NCBI GenBank assembly: GCA_964534375.1 | Contig: CAZHPN010000065.1 | Coordinates: 1-28,640, forward strand | From: an uncultured bacterium | GTDB taxonomy: Bacteria > Lernaellota > Lernaellaia > Lernaellales > Lernaellaceae | Direction of reading: 5' to 3' | Length of the DNA stretch: 28,640 nucleotides | In this document: positions 1 to 8,186 of the stretch, in pieces | Layout of the letters: each line of letters begins with the position of its first letter | Position numbering within the stretch: position 1 is the first letter of the stretch | The notes under the pieces: model-generated | What the model was told of the DNA's origin: nothing | What the model saw: the letters and a program-made list of their open reading frames with translations, nothing else | Databases searched by the model: none | Program-made: the position numbers and the translations under genes

Positions 1-127
1 GCTAAGTATGCGAATTTACAGAATCACGACCCCTGAACTGGCGAAGTTGGGCTAACTGCTGAACGAGCCCTCGATATTCTCGGCGTGTCCTTCGGCCGCT
101 TGGCGAAGGACGAAACCATTCATCGCA

Positions 128-167
128 GGGACGGACGAAGGCCCGGCTTTCGTCCGTCCTCTTTTTT
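128..167 (+). terminator. Intrinsic terminator of a + strand transcript that begins before the window
   Basis: Perfect 11-bp stem GGACGGACGAA (129-139) / TTCGTCCGTCC (149-159) followed by TCTTTTTT. Confidence 0.75.
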
Positions 168-209
168 CGGCCCCGCCTGCCGACCCGTGCGCCCATCGCC
201 TGGCGGATT

Positions 210-1463
210 TTACGAGCGACATTCTACGAAGCGGGTGGTTTCGGCCCGCAACTGGTCGAAGTCCATGCCGTTTTCGAGACAACGACGCCGCACGTGCGAT
301 TGCAGGCCCGGCGAGTTCATCGCCACGCGCAGCAGGGAACGAAGATGTTCGAGGTGGTTTTCCGTAAACAGCGATCCTTCGACGCGTTGTGCCCCGGCGC
401 GCAGCAACGCCGCCGCCAACGACGCGCCCGGGTCGGAATCAAGGGGAGTGCGCTGAAAAACGCGCAGCAGTTTGAGATGCCGCAGATCGAGCGCGGCCAG
501 TTCCGAAAAATCCACAAATTCGGGAAGCTGGGGAGAGACGAAGGGCCGGCCCATTTCCCAGGCGCGCGAGCGCGGCGGCACGTGGAAACCGCCGAAGACG
601 TAATGCGTGTCTTTGTCGCGCAGTGTCGTCAGGATCTCGGATTTCGTGGGATTTTCGAGAAAATGCCGGCAGGGCGCGACGAGGGACGGCGGCCTCGCGT
701 CGCCGAGAGCGGAGAACATAATTCGGACCAGGCGGGCTCCGGCGTGGCAGTCGGAATTGAAGTTTCGATAGGTGTTGAGGATCACGACGACGTGCCGGCG
801 AAGAATGTCGAATTCGGCCAGTTCGCGATCGAGCCGCAGCCGCTCCAGCGCGTTCTGCAGAAATGTTTTGTCGGTCAGCAGCCAATCGATCGTCGCGTCG
901 GTGTCGGCCTCGAAAAACTGCATCGCCGACAAATGCCGCCACGACAATTTGATCGACAAACGGCGCGAACGTTCGGCCGGACCCCCGGTGCGGGTTCGAA
1001 AGAACATCCGGCGAATGGCGGCCGTCGCGCGATCCGCATCGGCCAGAACGAACTCCCCGCGCGCCAGATCGCGACCGCCGCGGACGGCGAGAATTCTGAC
1101 GCCGCCGTCGGCCGCGCCGGCGGCCCAAAAGAAATCCTCATTTTCCCCCAGCAGCCGCACGGCCGCAAAAAGTCCGACAAATTGGGCGCAGTCGGCGTCA
1201 AACCACCGGCGCAATTCGTCCATGTTGTCCGTCGAAATCGCGATCGCCGCGTCCGGGAAATCGATGCGCAACGTCGCGTCGCCTTCCTGCCGGATCGTGA
1301 AACGGACGACCGGCGAAGCAGGCGAGGCGGCGAAGGGCGGCGGCCGGCGCGGCAACGCCAGCGACACCGCCAACGGCAACGCCGCCGGTGGCGCGCCCGG
1401 CAGTTGCGCCAGACGCAATGAATGTGCGTCGATACGGAACGTCGCTGTTTTTTCCGCGCTCAT
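210..1463 (-). CDS. Hypothetical protein (~417 aa) with a C-terminal CHAT/caspase-like domain, apparently catalytically degenerate
   Basis: ORF 210..1568; ATG at 1463 (MSAEKTATF) lies downstream of a good sigma70 promoter. The C-terminus (NPTKSEILTTL..HYVFGGFH..FSELAALDLRHLKLLRVFQ..SLAAALLRAGAQRVEGSLF) follows the CHAT domain pattern. Confidence 0.6.
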   Translation of the reverse strand: MSAEKTATFRIDAHSLRLAQLPGAPPAALPLAVSLALPRRPPPFAASPASPVVRFTIRQEGDATLRIDFPDAAIAISTDNMDELRRWFDADCAQFVGLFAAVRLLGENEDFFWAAGAADGGVRILAVRGGRDLARGEFVLADADRATAAIRRMFFRTRTGGPAERSRRLSIKLSWRHLSAMQFFEADTDATIDWLLTDKTFLQNALERLRLDRELAEFDILRRHVVVILNTYRNFNSDCHAGARLVRIMFSALGDARPPSLVAPCRHFLENPTKSEILTTLRDKDTHYVFGGFHVPPRSRAWEMGRPFVSPQLPEFVDFSELAALDLRHLKLLRVFQRTPLDSDPGASLAAALLRAGAQRVEGSLFTENHLEHLRSLLRVAMNSPGLQSHVRRRCLENGMDFDQLRAETTRFVECRS

Positions 1464-1596
1464 CGCGAAGTCTCGTTCGCTTCGTTTGAGCCGAGCGGCC
1501 TCCGCCGGGCCGGCGGCTGGAAAGTCTCGGCGCTGGATCCTCCGGAAGACCAACACTCCGCAACTCAAATGTCGTGAATTCGCCGATGCGAGAGTT

Positions 1597-1626
1597 AGTG
1601 TAAATCTGCGTTTCGCCGAATGTCAA
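1597..1626 (-). promoter_or_regulatory. Putative sigma70 promoter for the CHAT-like gene
   Basis: Minus strand TTGACA-N18-TACACT in an AT-richer intergenic region. Confidence 0.55.
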
Positions 1627-1737
1627 GAAAAATCGGCGCAAACATCCAATAGTACGGGCGCGAAGATATCATTCGTAAACAATGGGAATGACGCAAAATC
1701 TCCGCGGACTGGCCCGCCGCGGCGTTCGCTGAGACAT

Positions 1738-1767
1738 AAAAAAACGGAGCGGCGCGGGCCCGCTCCG
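1738..1767 (-). terminator. Intrinsic terminator after the MepA-LysM gene
   Basis: Stem CGGAGCGG/CCGCTCCG (1745-1767) followed by T7 on the minus strand, ~20 nt past the stop at 1790. Confidence 0.75.
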
Positions 1768-1789
1768 GCCGTGTTCCGTTGCGCGGGAA

Positions 1790-3448
1790 TCAGTGTTTTA
1801 CGTACAGCAGCAAGGTCTGGCCCAACGCCAGATTCTGCGACGGCAGTCCGTTCCAAGCGCGAATTTCTTTCACGCTGACGCCGTAGCGTTTCGCGATCGT
1901 CCACAGGTTGTCGCCCGAACGGACGCGATAGCGGATGCCTTGGCGGCTCGCTTTGCCCTTCAAGCCCTTGGCCGTCTTGGCGGCCGCGCCCTTGCCGGCG
2001 ACCGCGGCGGCGTCCGTCGGCTGGTCGGCGCCGGCGACCGCCGGCTTGTCGGCCGCGGCGGCTGGTTTCTCGGCGAGGCCGCCGGCCTTCTCGGCCACAG
2101 CGGGCTTGTCCACCGCAGCCGGAGCTGCCGTCGCGACCGTCGCAACGGGCGACTCAAGCGTCGCCGGCGTCTCGGCCAGCATCGCGATCCGGCGGCCCTG
2201 GTCGTCGGTGATGATCGTCAACGGCCGGCTGATCAAGCCGCCGACGCCCAGAGGCGTCCAGTCAACTTTCGCCAACACGGTCGGCGTGGAGAGGGGCAGA
2301 TGCCGGCCCGGCAGGGCAAGCGGCCCCGGCACGCGCGCGACGCCATTGCGCCGCCCGACGCGCACGACGGCCCCCGGCCGCAGCCGGCCGCGCAGCGCGC
2401 GCCGCATCTGGGCGGTCGACACGCCGTAACGCTGGGCGAGGGTCGCGAGCGTGTCCCCTTTGCGGACCTTGTAATAGGAGACGTAGTTGGCGGGCCGGAC
2501 CAGCTTCATCGCGAGCAGGGTCGGATACGCGCGGCGGCCCATCTCTTGCGCGAGCGGATTGAAGAAGCGGACGTGAAAATGCGTGTTGTGCCCGCGAACG
2601 TGGCGGAGAATCGTGTGCTTGCGGACGCCGGGGTATTGGAAGACGCCGCTCAACCATTCCGGGTTTTCGCCGATCGACAGCGCATACTCGTACAAGATGC
2701 GTTGGATCCGCGAATCGAGCAGGATCATTTCGACATCGGAGTAAACGATCAACGCGCGGACGAACGCCCAGTTCCGCGCGAGATCCAGGTTTTTGGCGTT
2801 GCCCGGTGCGAACCAGTGGTTGGCGCCGGCGACATAGTAGTAACCGATGTCGGCGTCGCGCCCGGCCTGGTGGCTCTTGTGCCGTTTCAGCCGGCCGCCG
2901 TCGCGATCGCTGATGTCGCCGATCGACAACGGCGGTGAACCGGGATAGGCCGCCTCGACTTGGTGGATCGCGGTGGCGATGGCGTCCACCGTCTCCTGCG
3001 TGGCCCACGCGTTGTCCGGATTGACCAAGCGCCAATGCTCGCCTGCCGGCATCTGCACGCCGTTGACCAGCGCGCCGCAATTGGTGAAGCCGACCGACAT
3101 CGGGCCCAATGCCGCCGGGTTGTCCTGCAATCGTTGTTTGATGTCTGCATCGGTCAGGTCGGCGAACGGCAATTCCTTCGGATTCACGACGCCCGGCAAG
3201 GACGTTGGGGATTCCTCGTTTTCCGGGTCCTCGGCGTCCTCGGGCTGGTCGGGGTCGTCCTCTTCTTCTTCGGCGCCGACCCGGCTCGCAGCGGCGCCCG
3301 TCGGACTGGCTGCCGCGGCTGTCGGGGCCGCGGCCAGCGGAGACACCTTGGGCTGCGTGGCGCCGACATCGTCGGCGGCGGCGAGCATGGCGTGGCCTAT
3401 CACGAACACCAAGACCGCAAGTATCCAACAGAAGTGCCTAAGCGTCAT
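1790..3448 (-). CDS. Secreted penicillin-insensitive murein endopeptidase (MepA/peptidase M74-like) with two LysM domains
   Basis: GGAGG RBS before ATG 3448; signal peptide; Zn motifs HKSHQAGRDAD and GHNTHFHVR; LysM motifs YKVRKGDTLATLAQRYGVS and YRVRSGDNLWTIAKRYGVS...LALGQTL. Confidence 0.9.
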   Translation of the reverse strand: MTLRHFCWILAVLVFVIGHAMLAAADDVGATQPKVSPLAAAPTAAAASPTGAAASRVGAEEEEDDPDQPEDAEDPENEESPTSLPGVVNPKELPFADLTDADIKQRLQDNPAALGPMSVGFTNCGALVNGVQMPAGEHWRLVNPDNAWATQETVDAIATAIHQVEAAYPGSPPLSIGDISDRDGGRLKRHKSHQAGRDADIGYYYVAGANHWFAPGNAKNLDLARNWAFVRALIVYSDVEMILLDSRIQRILYEYALSIGENPEWLSGVFQYPGVRKHTILRHVRGHNTHFHVRFFNPLAQEMGRRAYPTLLAMKLVRPANYVSYYKVRKGDTLATLAQRYGVSTAQMRRALRGRLRPGAVVRVGRRNGVARVPGPLALPGRHLPLSTPTVLAKVDWTPLGVGGLISRPLTIITDDQGRRIAMLAETPATLESPVATVATAAPAAVDKPAVAEKAGGLAEKPAAAADKPAVAGADQPTDAAAVAGKGAAAKTAKGLKGKASRQGIRYRVRSGDNLWTIAKRYGVSVKEIRAWNGLPSQNLALGQTLLLYVKH

Positions 3449-3515
3449 TGCACCTCCTGAAGCCAAATTTTCCCGACTACAAAGAAATCGTGGGACAACA
3501 GCCCCGTAAGGCGAA

Positions 3516-3545
3516 ACTTTAACATTATCCAAACATTGAATGCAA
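3516..3545 (-). promoter_or_regulatory. Possible sigma70 promoter of the MepA-LysM gene
   Basis: Minus strand TTGCAT-N18-TAAAGT with an extended -10 TG and an upstream A-tract (UP-element-like). Confidence 0.4.
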
Positions 3546-3723
3546 CACTTTTTTTTCGCAAGACAAGTCGTTGATTATCAAGAGGTTATCGCCACTGTCG
3601 GCCGGACGGAGACGACGCCGCCATGGTCCAAAGCCAGATGTTTTTATTCGAAATGAAATATTGTTGAGATGCAGTCCAGATAGCGAAACGATCGCGCCCC
3701 GCGTCGCAAACCGGCGGCAGACG

Positions 3724-3749
3724 AAAAAACCGCCTCGCTGGGAGGCGGC
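3724..3749 (-). terminator. Intrinsic terminator after rpmA
   Basis: Stem CCGCCTC/GAGGCGG followed by T6 on the minus strand, ~25 nt after the rpmA stop. Confidence 0.75.
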
Positions 3750-3774
3750 TTTGCTTGAACTCTCGGACGGCGGT

Positions 3775-4062
3775 TTAGACTGTCGTCGCCTGTTCCGGCA
3801 TCGTCTCTTCGATTGGGATGATGTTCGCTTTCTTGCGCTTCCGGCCCCAGCGGGTAAATTTCACCCGGCCCGGGATCTTGGCGAACAAGCTGTAGTCCCG
3901 CCCCATGCCGACGTTCTCGCCGGGGTGGATGAGCGTGCCGAGTTGCCGAATGATGATCGAGCCGCCGGTCACCAATTCGCCGTCGTAGACCTTCACGCCG
4001 TAGCGCCGGCCGGCGCTGTCGCGGCCGTTCTTGGCGCTGCCGCTGGATTTCTTGTGGGCCAT
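3775..4062 (-). CDS. rpmA: 50S ribosomal protein L27
   Basis: [16 protein letters not shown]...[10 protein letters not shown]...[22 protein letters not shown]. Confidence 0.98.
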   Translation of the reverse strand: MAHKKSSGSAKNGRDSAGRRYGVKVYDGELVTGGSIIIRQLGTLIHPGENVGMGRDYSLFAKIPGRVKFTRWGRKRKKANIIPIEETMPEQATTV

Positions 4063-4077
4063 GATCTCGCTCCTTGC

Positions 4078-4389
4078 TTACCCGATGATCTGCGCGATTT
4101 TCACGCCGGTGAACATCTGGCGATGGCCGCGTTTCTTCTGGTAACCCTTGCGGCGGATGTAACGGAAAACGACTACCTTCTTGGCGCGGCCCTGTTCGAT
4201 GATCTCGCCGACCACCTTGGCGCCCGCGACGTACGGTTTGCCGATTTTCACGCCGTCGTCCGTCCGCAGCATCAGCACCTTGTCCAATTCCACTTTTTCG
4301 CCGACGGCGCCCGTCAGTTTGGCCACCTTCACCAGGTCGCCTTCTTTCACTTTGAGCTGTTGGCCGCCGGTTTCAATCAAAGCATACAT
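4078..4389 (-). CDS. rplU: 50S ribosomal protein L21
   Basis: MYALIETGGQQLKVKEGD...IGKPYV...RKGYQKKRGHRQMFT; adjacent to rpmA. Confidence 0.98.
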   Translation of the reverse strand: MYALIETGGQQLKVKEGDLVKVAKLTGAVGEKVELDKVLMLRTDDGVKIGKPYVAGAKVVGEIIEQGRAKKVVVFRYIRRKGYQKKRGHRQMFTGVKIAQIIG

Positions 4390-4425
4390 CGTTTTTACCC
4401 TTGTTCAGGACTTCCGGAGCGGCGG

Positions 4426-4454
4426 AACATACCGAAGGGCGTGGCGTTTGTCAA
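4426..4454 (-). promoter_or_regulatory. sigma70 promoter of rplU-rpmA
   Basis: Minus strand TTGACA-N17-TATGTT followed by a GC-rich discriminator (CCGCCG), as expected for a stringently controlled r-protein promoter. Confidence 0.7.
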
Positions 4455-4691
4455 GCGCGTATTACGGCCGGATTTTCGGCGGCCGTCGGCAGCCGCAAAG
4501 GGCGCGGGCGCGCGGTCGCCGGCGGCGGAGAAGCCCCGGGCGCGGCGGGCAAGAAACAATCGCCGGCAACGCTTGGCGAGCGGCGCGGTTCGTGTTACAA
4601 CCATCGTGCGCGGCGCTGGGAAGGGGATCGGCGTTTCCGGCTTCGCGACGCTCACCATGAATTCGCTGACGAGTCGGGCGGAGGCCGCGCC

Positions 4692-5609
4692 ATGTTCCAA
4701 CTGGAATCACGCGACGATTTGGGCCGGATTCTGGCCTTTCCCCTGGTGAAGGTGCGCACGACGATCGGCCGCGACCCGAACTGCGACATCGTGCTCGAGG
4801 ACGAAGATGTTTCGCGCCACCACGCGCGCATCTACGTGATGGGCGGTCAGGTCAAAATCAAAGACGAAAACTCCGCCAACGGCACGTACGTCAACAATGC
4901 CCCGATCGCCGACATGGCGGACCTGCCGATCGGCGGCGAAATCATTATCGGCTCGAACCTTTTCTTTCTGCGCCAGGTCGACGCCGCGCCGGACGAAGAA
5001 AACCTGCAACTGACGACGATGCTCACCCTCGACCAGTTGCGCGACATGACGCAGAGCTTTTCGTCGCTGCTCGATGACGCGCCGTCCACCGCGAACCTGG
5101 CCGACACCGTGATCCTCAATCGGCGCGAACTGATCGAGAACATTTATCTCAAGCAGATCGCCTTCATGGCCCACCCCACGCTCGAAATCATCTTCGGCCC
5201 CGACAAGGGCCGCAAATACGTGCTGACGCCCGGGGAACACCGCCTCGGCCGCGGCGCCAACTGCAATATCCGCGTCGACGATCCGATGGTCAGCGGTTTG
5301 CACGGCACGATCATGGTCGACAGCGACCAGACCGTCTACACCGACGAAGGCAGCCGCAACGGTTCGATCCTCAACAACAAGATCGTCCAGACCCATCCGC
5401 TGCGCCACCGCGACGTGCTGGTGCTCGGTTCGACGAGATTGAAGTACCTCAACCCGAAGGAAAAGGCCGCCGTGGCGACCGGGGCGCCAATCGGGGCGTA
5501 TCCGGCCGGCGGCGGGCCGTGGCTCGCGCGCTACGGCCTGTGGCTCGGCATCGGCGCCGCCGGCGTCGGGCTGGTCGTCTTGCTGGCGATGCTTTTCTTC
5601 TGGCGCTGA
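4692..5609 (+). CDS. Tandem FHA-domain protein with a C-terminal transmembrane anchor (305 aa)
   Basis: GGAGG RBS, ATG 4692. FHA1: IGRD..D..VSRHHA..DENSANGTYVN. FHA2: LGRG..VSGLHG..DEGSRNGSILN. C-terminal hydrophobic YGLWLGIGAAGVGLVVLLAMLFFWR. Confidence 0.9.
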   Translation: MFQLESRDDLGRILAFPLVKVRTTIGRDPNCDIVLEDEDVSRHHARIYVMGGQVKIKDENSANGTYVNNAPIADMADLPIGGEIIIGSNLFFLRQVDAAPDEENLQLTTMLTLDQLRDMTQSFSSLLDDAPSTANLADTVILNRRELIENIYLKQIAFMAHPTLEIIFGPDKGRKYVLTPGEHRLGRGANCNIRVDDPMVSGLHGTIMVDSDQTVYTDEGSRNGSILNNKIVQTHPLRHRDVLVLGSTRLKYLNPKEKAAVATGAPIGAYPAGGGPWLARYGLWLGIGAAGVGLVVLLAMLFFWR

Positions 5610-5836
5610 CCGCTGCCCGCCGACCACCGATAGCTGCGAACTCAAAGTTTTTGGCGAGCGCAAACCGGAATGTCGAATGTTGATGGAGAATGGCGAATTT
5701 CGGACAGCGTCGGCAATTCTCCATTCTCCATTTTTCGTTGTTGTGGCGGATGCGTTCGCAAAAAGCGATCGACGGCGACGCAGAACCTACCCACGCCAAG
5801 GCTGCGGCAGGCAGGTCCCGAATCCCGATTCCCGAT
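5606..5836. repeat. Compound intergenic heptamer repeats with an inverted repeat
   Basis: CTGACCG/CTGCCCG/CCGACCA/CCGATAG/CTGCGAA (5606-5640); ATGGAGAATGGCGAAT (5683-5698) inverted against ATTCTCCATTCTCCAT (5716-5731); TCCCGAA/TCCCGAT/TCCCGAT (5816-5836). Confidence 0.7.
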
Positions 5837-5906
5837 TGCGCCTTGAGTCGTCGGCCGCAAGCCTGTACTGTGCGGATTCCGGCTCGCCACGGGGGGGACC
5901 GCTCGC

Positions 5907-6968
5907 ATGACCGACCGACCGCGCATTGGCTTTGCCTGCTCGTACACGCCGCTGCCGGTGATCGACGCCGCTGGCTTTCTGCCGCACCGGCTGCTGCCGA
6001 CCGGCGACGCCCCGGCGCAGAGCGGCGCGTTGCTGCACGACAATCTCTGCCCGCACGTCTTGCGCATCCTCGACCGGGCGCTGGCCGGCGAATTTCCGCC
6101 GCTCGCCGGCGTCGTCGTGATGAACAGTTGCGACGCGATGCGCCGCCTCGCTGACGCCTGGCGCACGACCCGTCCGGCGGACCGCCTGATCGTCCTCGAC
6201 CTGCCGATGGCGCCGAGCGCGCAACTGACCGCGGATTTCCGCGAGGAATTGACGCGGCTCGTCGACTTTCTCGTGGCCGCCGGCGGCGTCCGGCCGTCGG
6301 ACGATGCGCTCGCCGAGAGCGTGGCGACGTATCAGGAACTGGCCAGCGGCCTCGATCTGCTTCGTGATCGCGCGCGGCGCGGCGTGTTGCCCGGCGGCTG
6401 GGCAAAACTGCAAGAGATCAACAACCAATCGGTCACGCAGCCCGTCGGCGCCACGCTCGCCGCGATCGGCGCGATTCTCGCGGAAGCCGAGGCGCCCGAC
6501 GGCGCCGCGCGCGGCGCGCCGATCTACTTGATCGGCAACGTTCTGCCCGAGCCGGAGGCGCTGGCGCTCTTCGCCGAGTGCGGCGCGCGCCTGGCGGGCG
6601 AGGACTTGTGCACTGGCGCGCGGCAGCACGCGCTGCTCGATTTCGACGGCCCGGGCGACGCGCTCGACTGCTTCGCGCGGGCGTGGCTGGCGCGCACGCC
6701 GTGCGCACGCACCTTCGACGCCGCGGCGCCGGGCGCCGTCGCCCGCCTGATCGCGGAGAAGGCCAAGGCCTGCGGCGCGCGGGGCGTGGTCGCGCACGTG
6801 ATGAAATTCTGCGACCCGTACCTGGCGCGGCTGCCGTATATCCAAGACGAACTGCAGCGGCAGAATCTGCCCTTGCTGACGCTGATGGGCGATTGCGGCG
6901 GCGGCGCGCTCGGCCAATTCCGGACGCGCCTGGAAGCGTTCGTCGAGATGCTGGGGGCGCGCTCATGA
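5907..6968 (+). CDS. 2-hydroxyacyl-CoA dehydratase family subunit (HgdB/FldC/BcrC-like, HGD-D)
   Basis: IGFACSYTP; three [4Fe-4S] Cys positions NLCPHV, NSCDAMRR, KFCDP; C-terminal GQFRTRLEAFVEML. Confidence 0.9.
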   Translation: MTDRPRIGFACSYTPLPVIDAAGFLPHRLLPTGDAPAQSGALLHDNLCPHVLRILDRALAGEFPPLAGVVVMNSCDAMRRLADAWRTTRPADRLIVLDLPMAPSAQLTADFREELTRLVDFLVAAGGVRPSDDALAESVATYQELASGLDLLRDRARRGVLPGGWAKLQEINNQSVTQPVGATLAAIGAILAEAEAPDGAARGAPIYLIGNVLPEPEALALFAECGARLAGEDLCTGARQHALLDFDGPGDALDCFARAWLARTPCARTFDAAAPGAVARLIAEKAKACGARGVVAHVMKFCDPYLARLPYIQDELQRQNLPLLTLMGDCGGGALGQFRTRLEAFVEMLGARS

Positions 6969-8170
6969 TGCGGGAATATTTCGACAACGTCGCCGGGCAA
7001 CTGGCCGCCAAGATCGCCGCGCAGCCGGAATTGCCGCACGCCCGCCGGCGCTTTGCGCTGGAGACGGCGCGCCTGGGCCAACGCCTGTTCTCGGCGACCG
7101 ACGCGGTGGCGTGGTGCGGCGTGCCCGTTCCGTTCGACCTGCTGCGCGCGATGGACGTGCACTCGTGCTTCATCGAATTCGTCGGCGCGATGATGGCCTC
7201 GGCCGGCGCGGCGGGCGCGATGCTGCAAACCGCGGAGACCGCCGGCTATTTCACCGACAGTTGCGCGTACCACCGCGCCGTGCTCGGCGCCGCGCTGAAC
7301 AACTTGATGCCCGTGCCGGATTTTCTCATCGGCGCGACCACGCCCTGCGCCGGCGGCCTCGCGGCGCTGGAAAATCTTGCGCGGCATTTTCGCAAAGATC
7401 TGTTCGTCCTGCATTTTCCCTACGACGCGGACGAACGGAGCGCGCGCAGCCTCGCGGCCCAATTGGTCGAGATGACGCAGTTCGTCGCGGCGCACACCGG
7501 CCGGCCGCTCGATCCGGACCGCTTGCGCGCCGCCGTCGAAAAAACCAACGCCGCCCGGGCGTTGATGATCGAGGTGTACGACCTGGCCAGGCGCAAGCCG
7601 TCGCCGCTGCGCAGCAACGACCTCAAGGATTTCGGAATCGTCATGCCGTTGTTCTTCGGCTCCGACGCCGCGCTCGAAATCGCGCAAGCGTGGAAAGACG
7701 AACTGACGGGCCGGCTCGCCGCGCCGGCCGGGCCGCCCGAGCGGCTGCGACTGTTGTGGATTCAAAATCGCGTGCAATTCAAGAATCCGCTGATCGCGAT
7801 GTTCGAGGACGAATATCGCGCGAAGATCGTCGCCGACGAGTTGAACGACATCCCCTGGGGCCCGATCGATCCGGACGAGCCGTACCTTGGCCTGGCGCGG
7901 CGGATGCTGACGATCCCGCTGCACGGCGCCCTGCCGCGGCGCATCGAGCGCCTGGTCCGCCTGGCGCGCGAATACCAGGCCGACGGCGCGGTCAATCCGT
8001 GCCACTGGGGGTGCCGCCAGGGAACAGGGGCCAAAGGGTTGATTCAACGCGCCCTGCGCGACGCCGACATCCCGGTGATCAATCTCGAAGTCGATTGCAT
8101 CGACCCGCGCAACTTCGCCGAGGGCCAACTGCGCACGCGGTTGGAAGCATTCTTCGAGATGTTGGGGTGA
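6965..8170 (+). CDS. 2-hydroxyacyl-CoA dehydratase family subunit (HgdA/FldB/BcrB-like, HGD-D)
   Basis: ATGA overlap with the upstream stop; Cys positions DSCAYH, TPCAGG, WGCRQ; C-terminal DCIDPRNFAEGQLRTRLEAFFEML. Confidence 0.9.
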   Translation: MMREYFDNVAGQLAAKIAAQPELPHARRRFALETARLGQRLFSATDAVAWCGVPVPFDLLRAMDVHSCFIEFVGAMMASAGAAGAMLQTAETAGYFTDSCAYHRAVLGAALNNLMPVPDFLIGATTPCAGGLAALENLARHFRKDLFVLHFPYDADERSARSLAAQLVEMTQFVAAHTGRPLDPDRLRAAVEKTNAARALMIEVYDLARRKPSPLRSNDLKDFGIVMPLFFGSDAALEIAQAWKDELTGRLAAPAGPPERLRLLWIQNRVQFKNPLIAMFEDEYRAKIVADELNDIPWGPIDPDEPYLGLARRMLTIPLHGALPRRIERLVRLAREYQADGAVNPCHWGCRQGTGAKGLIQRALRDADIPVINLEVDCIDPRNFAEGQLRTRLEAFFEMLG

Positions 8171-8186
8171 AGGAGGCGGAAGCCGT

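Noticed and set aside
3571..3581. TTGAT-T-ATCAA palindrome resembling an FNR box
   Set aside because: FNR/CRP-family sites need a 4-nt spacer; the spacer here is 1 nt.
4401..4691. N-terminal extensions of track ORFs (also 6578, 11381, 12497, 20370, 21929, 22417, 25010)
   Set aside because: Downstream starts have SD sequences or stop-start overlaps and coincide with domain or signal-peptide starts; the extensions are low-complexity or run through other genes and repeats.
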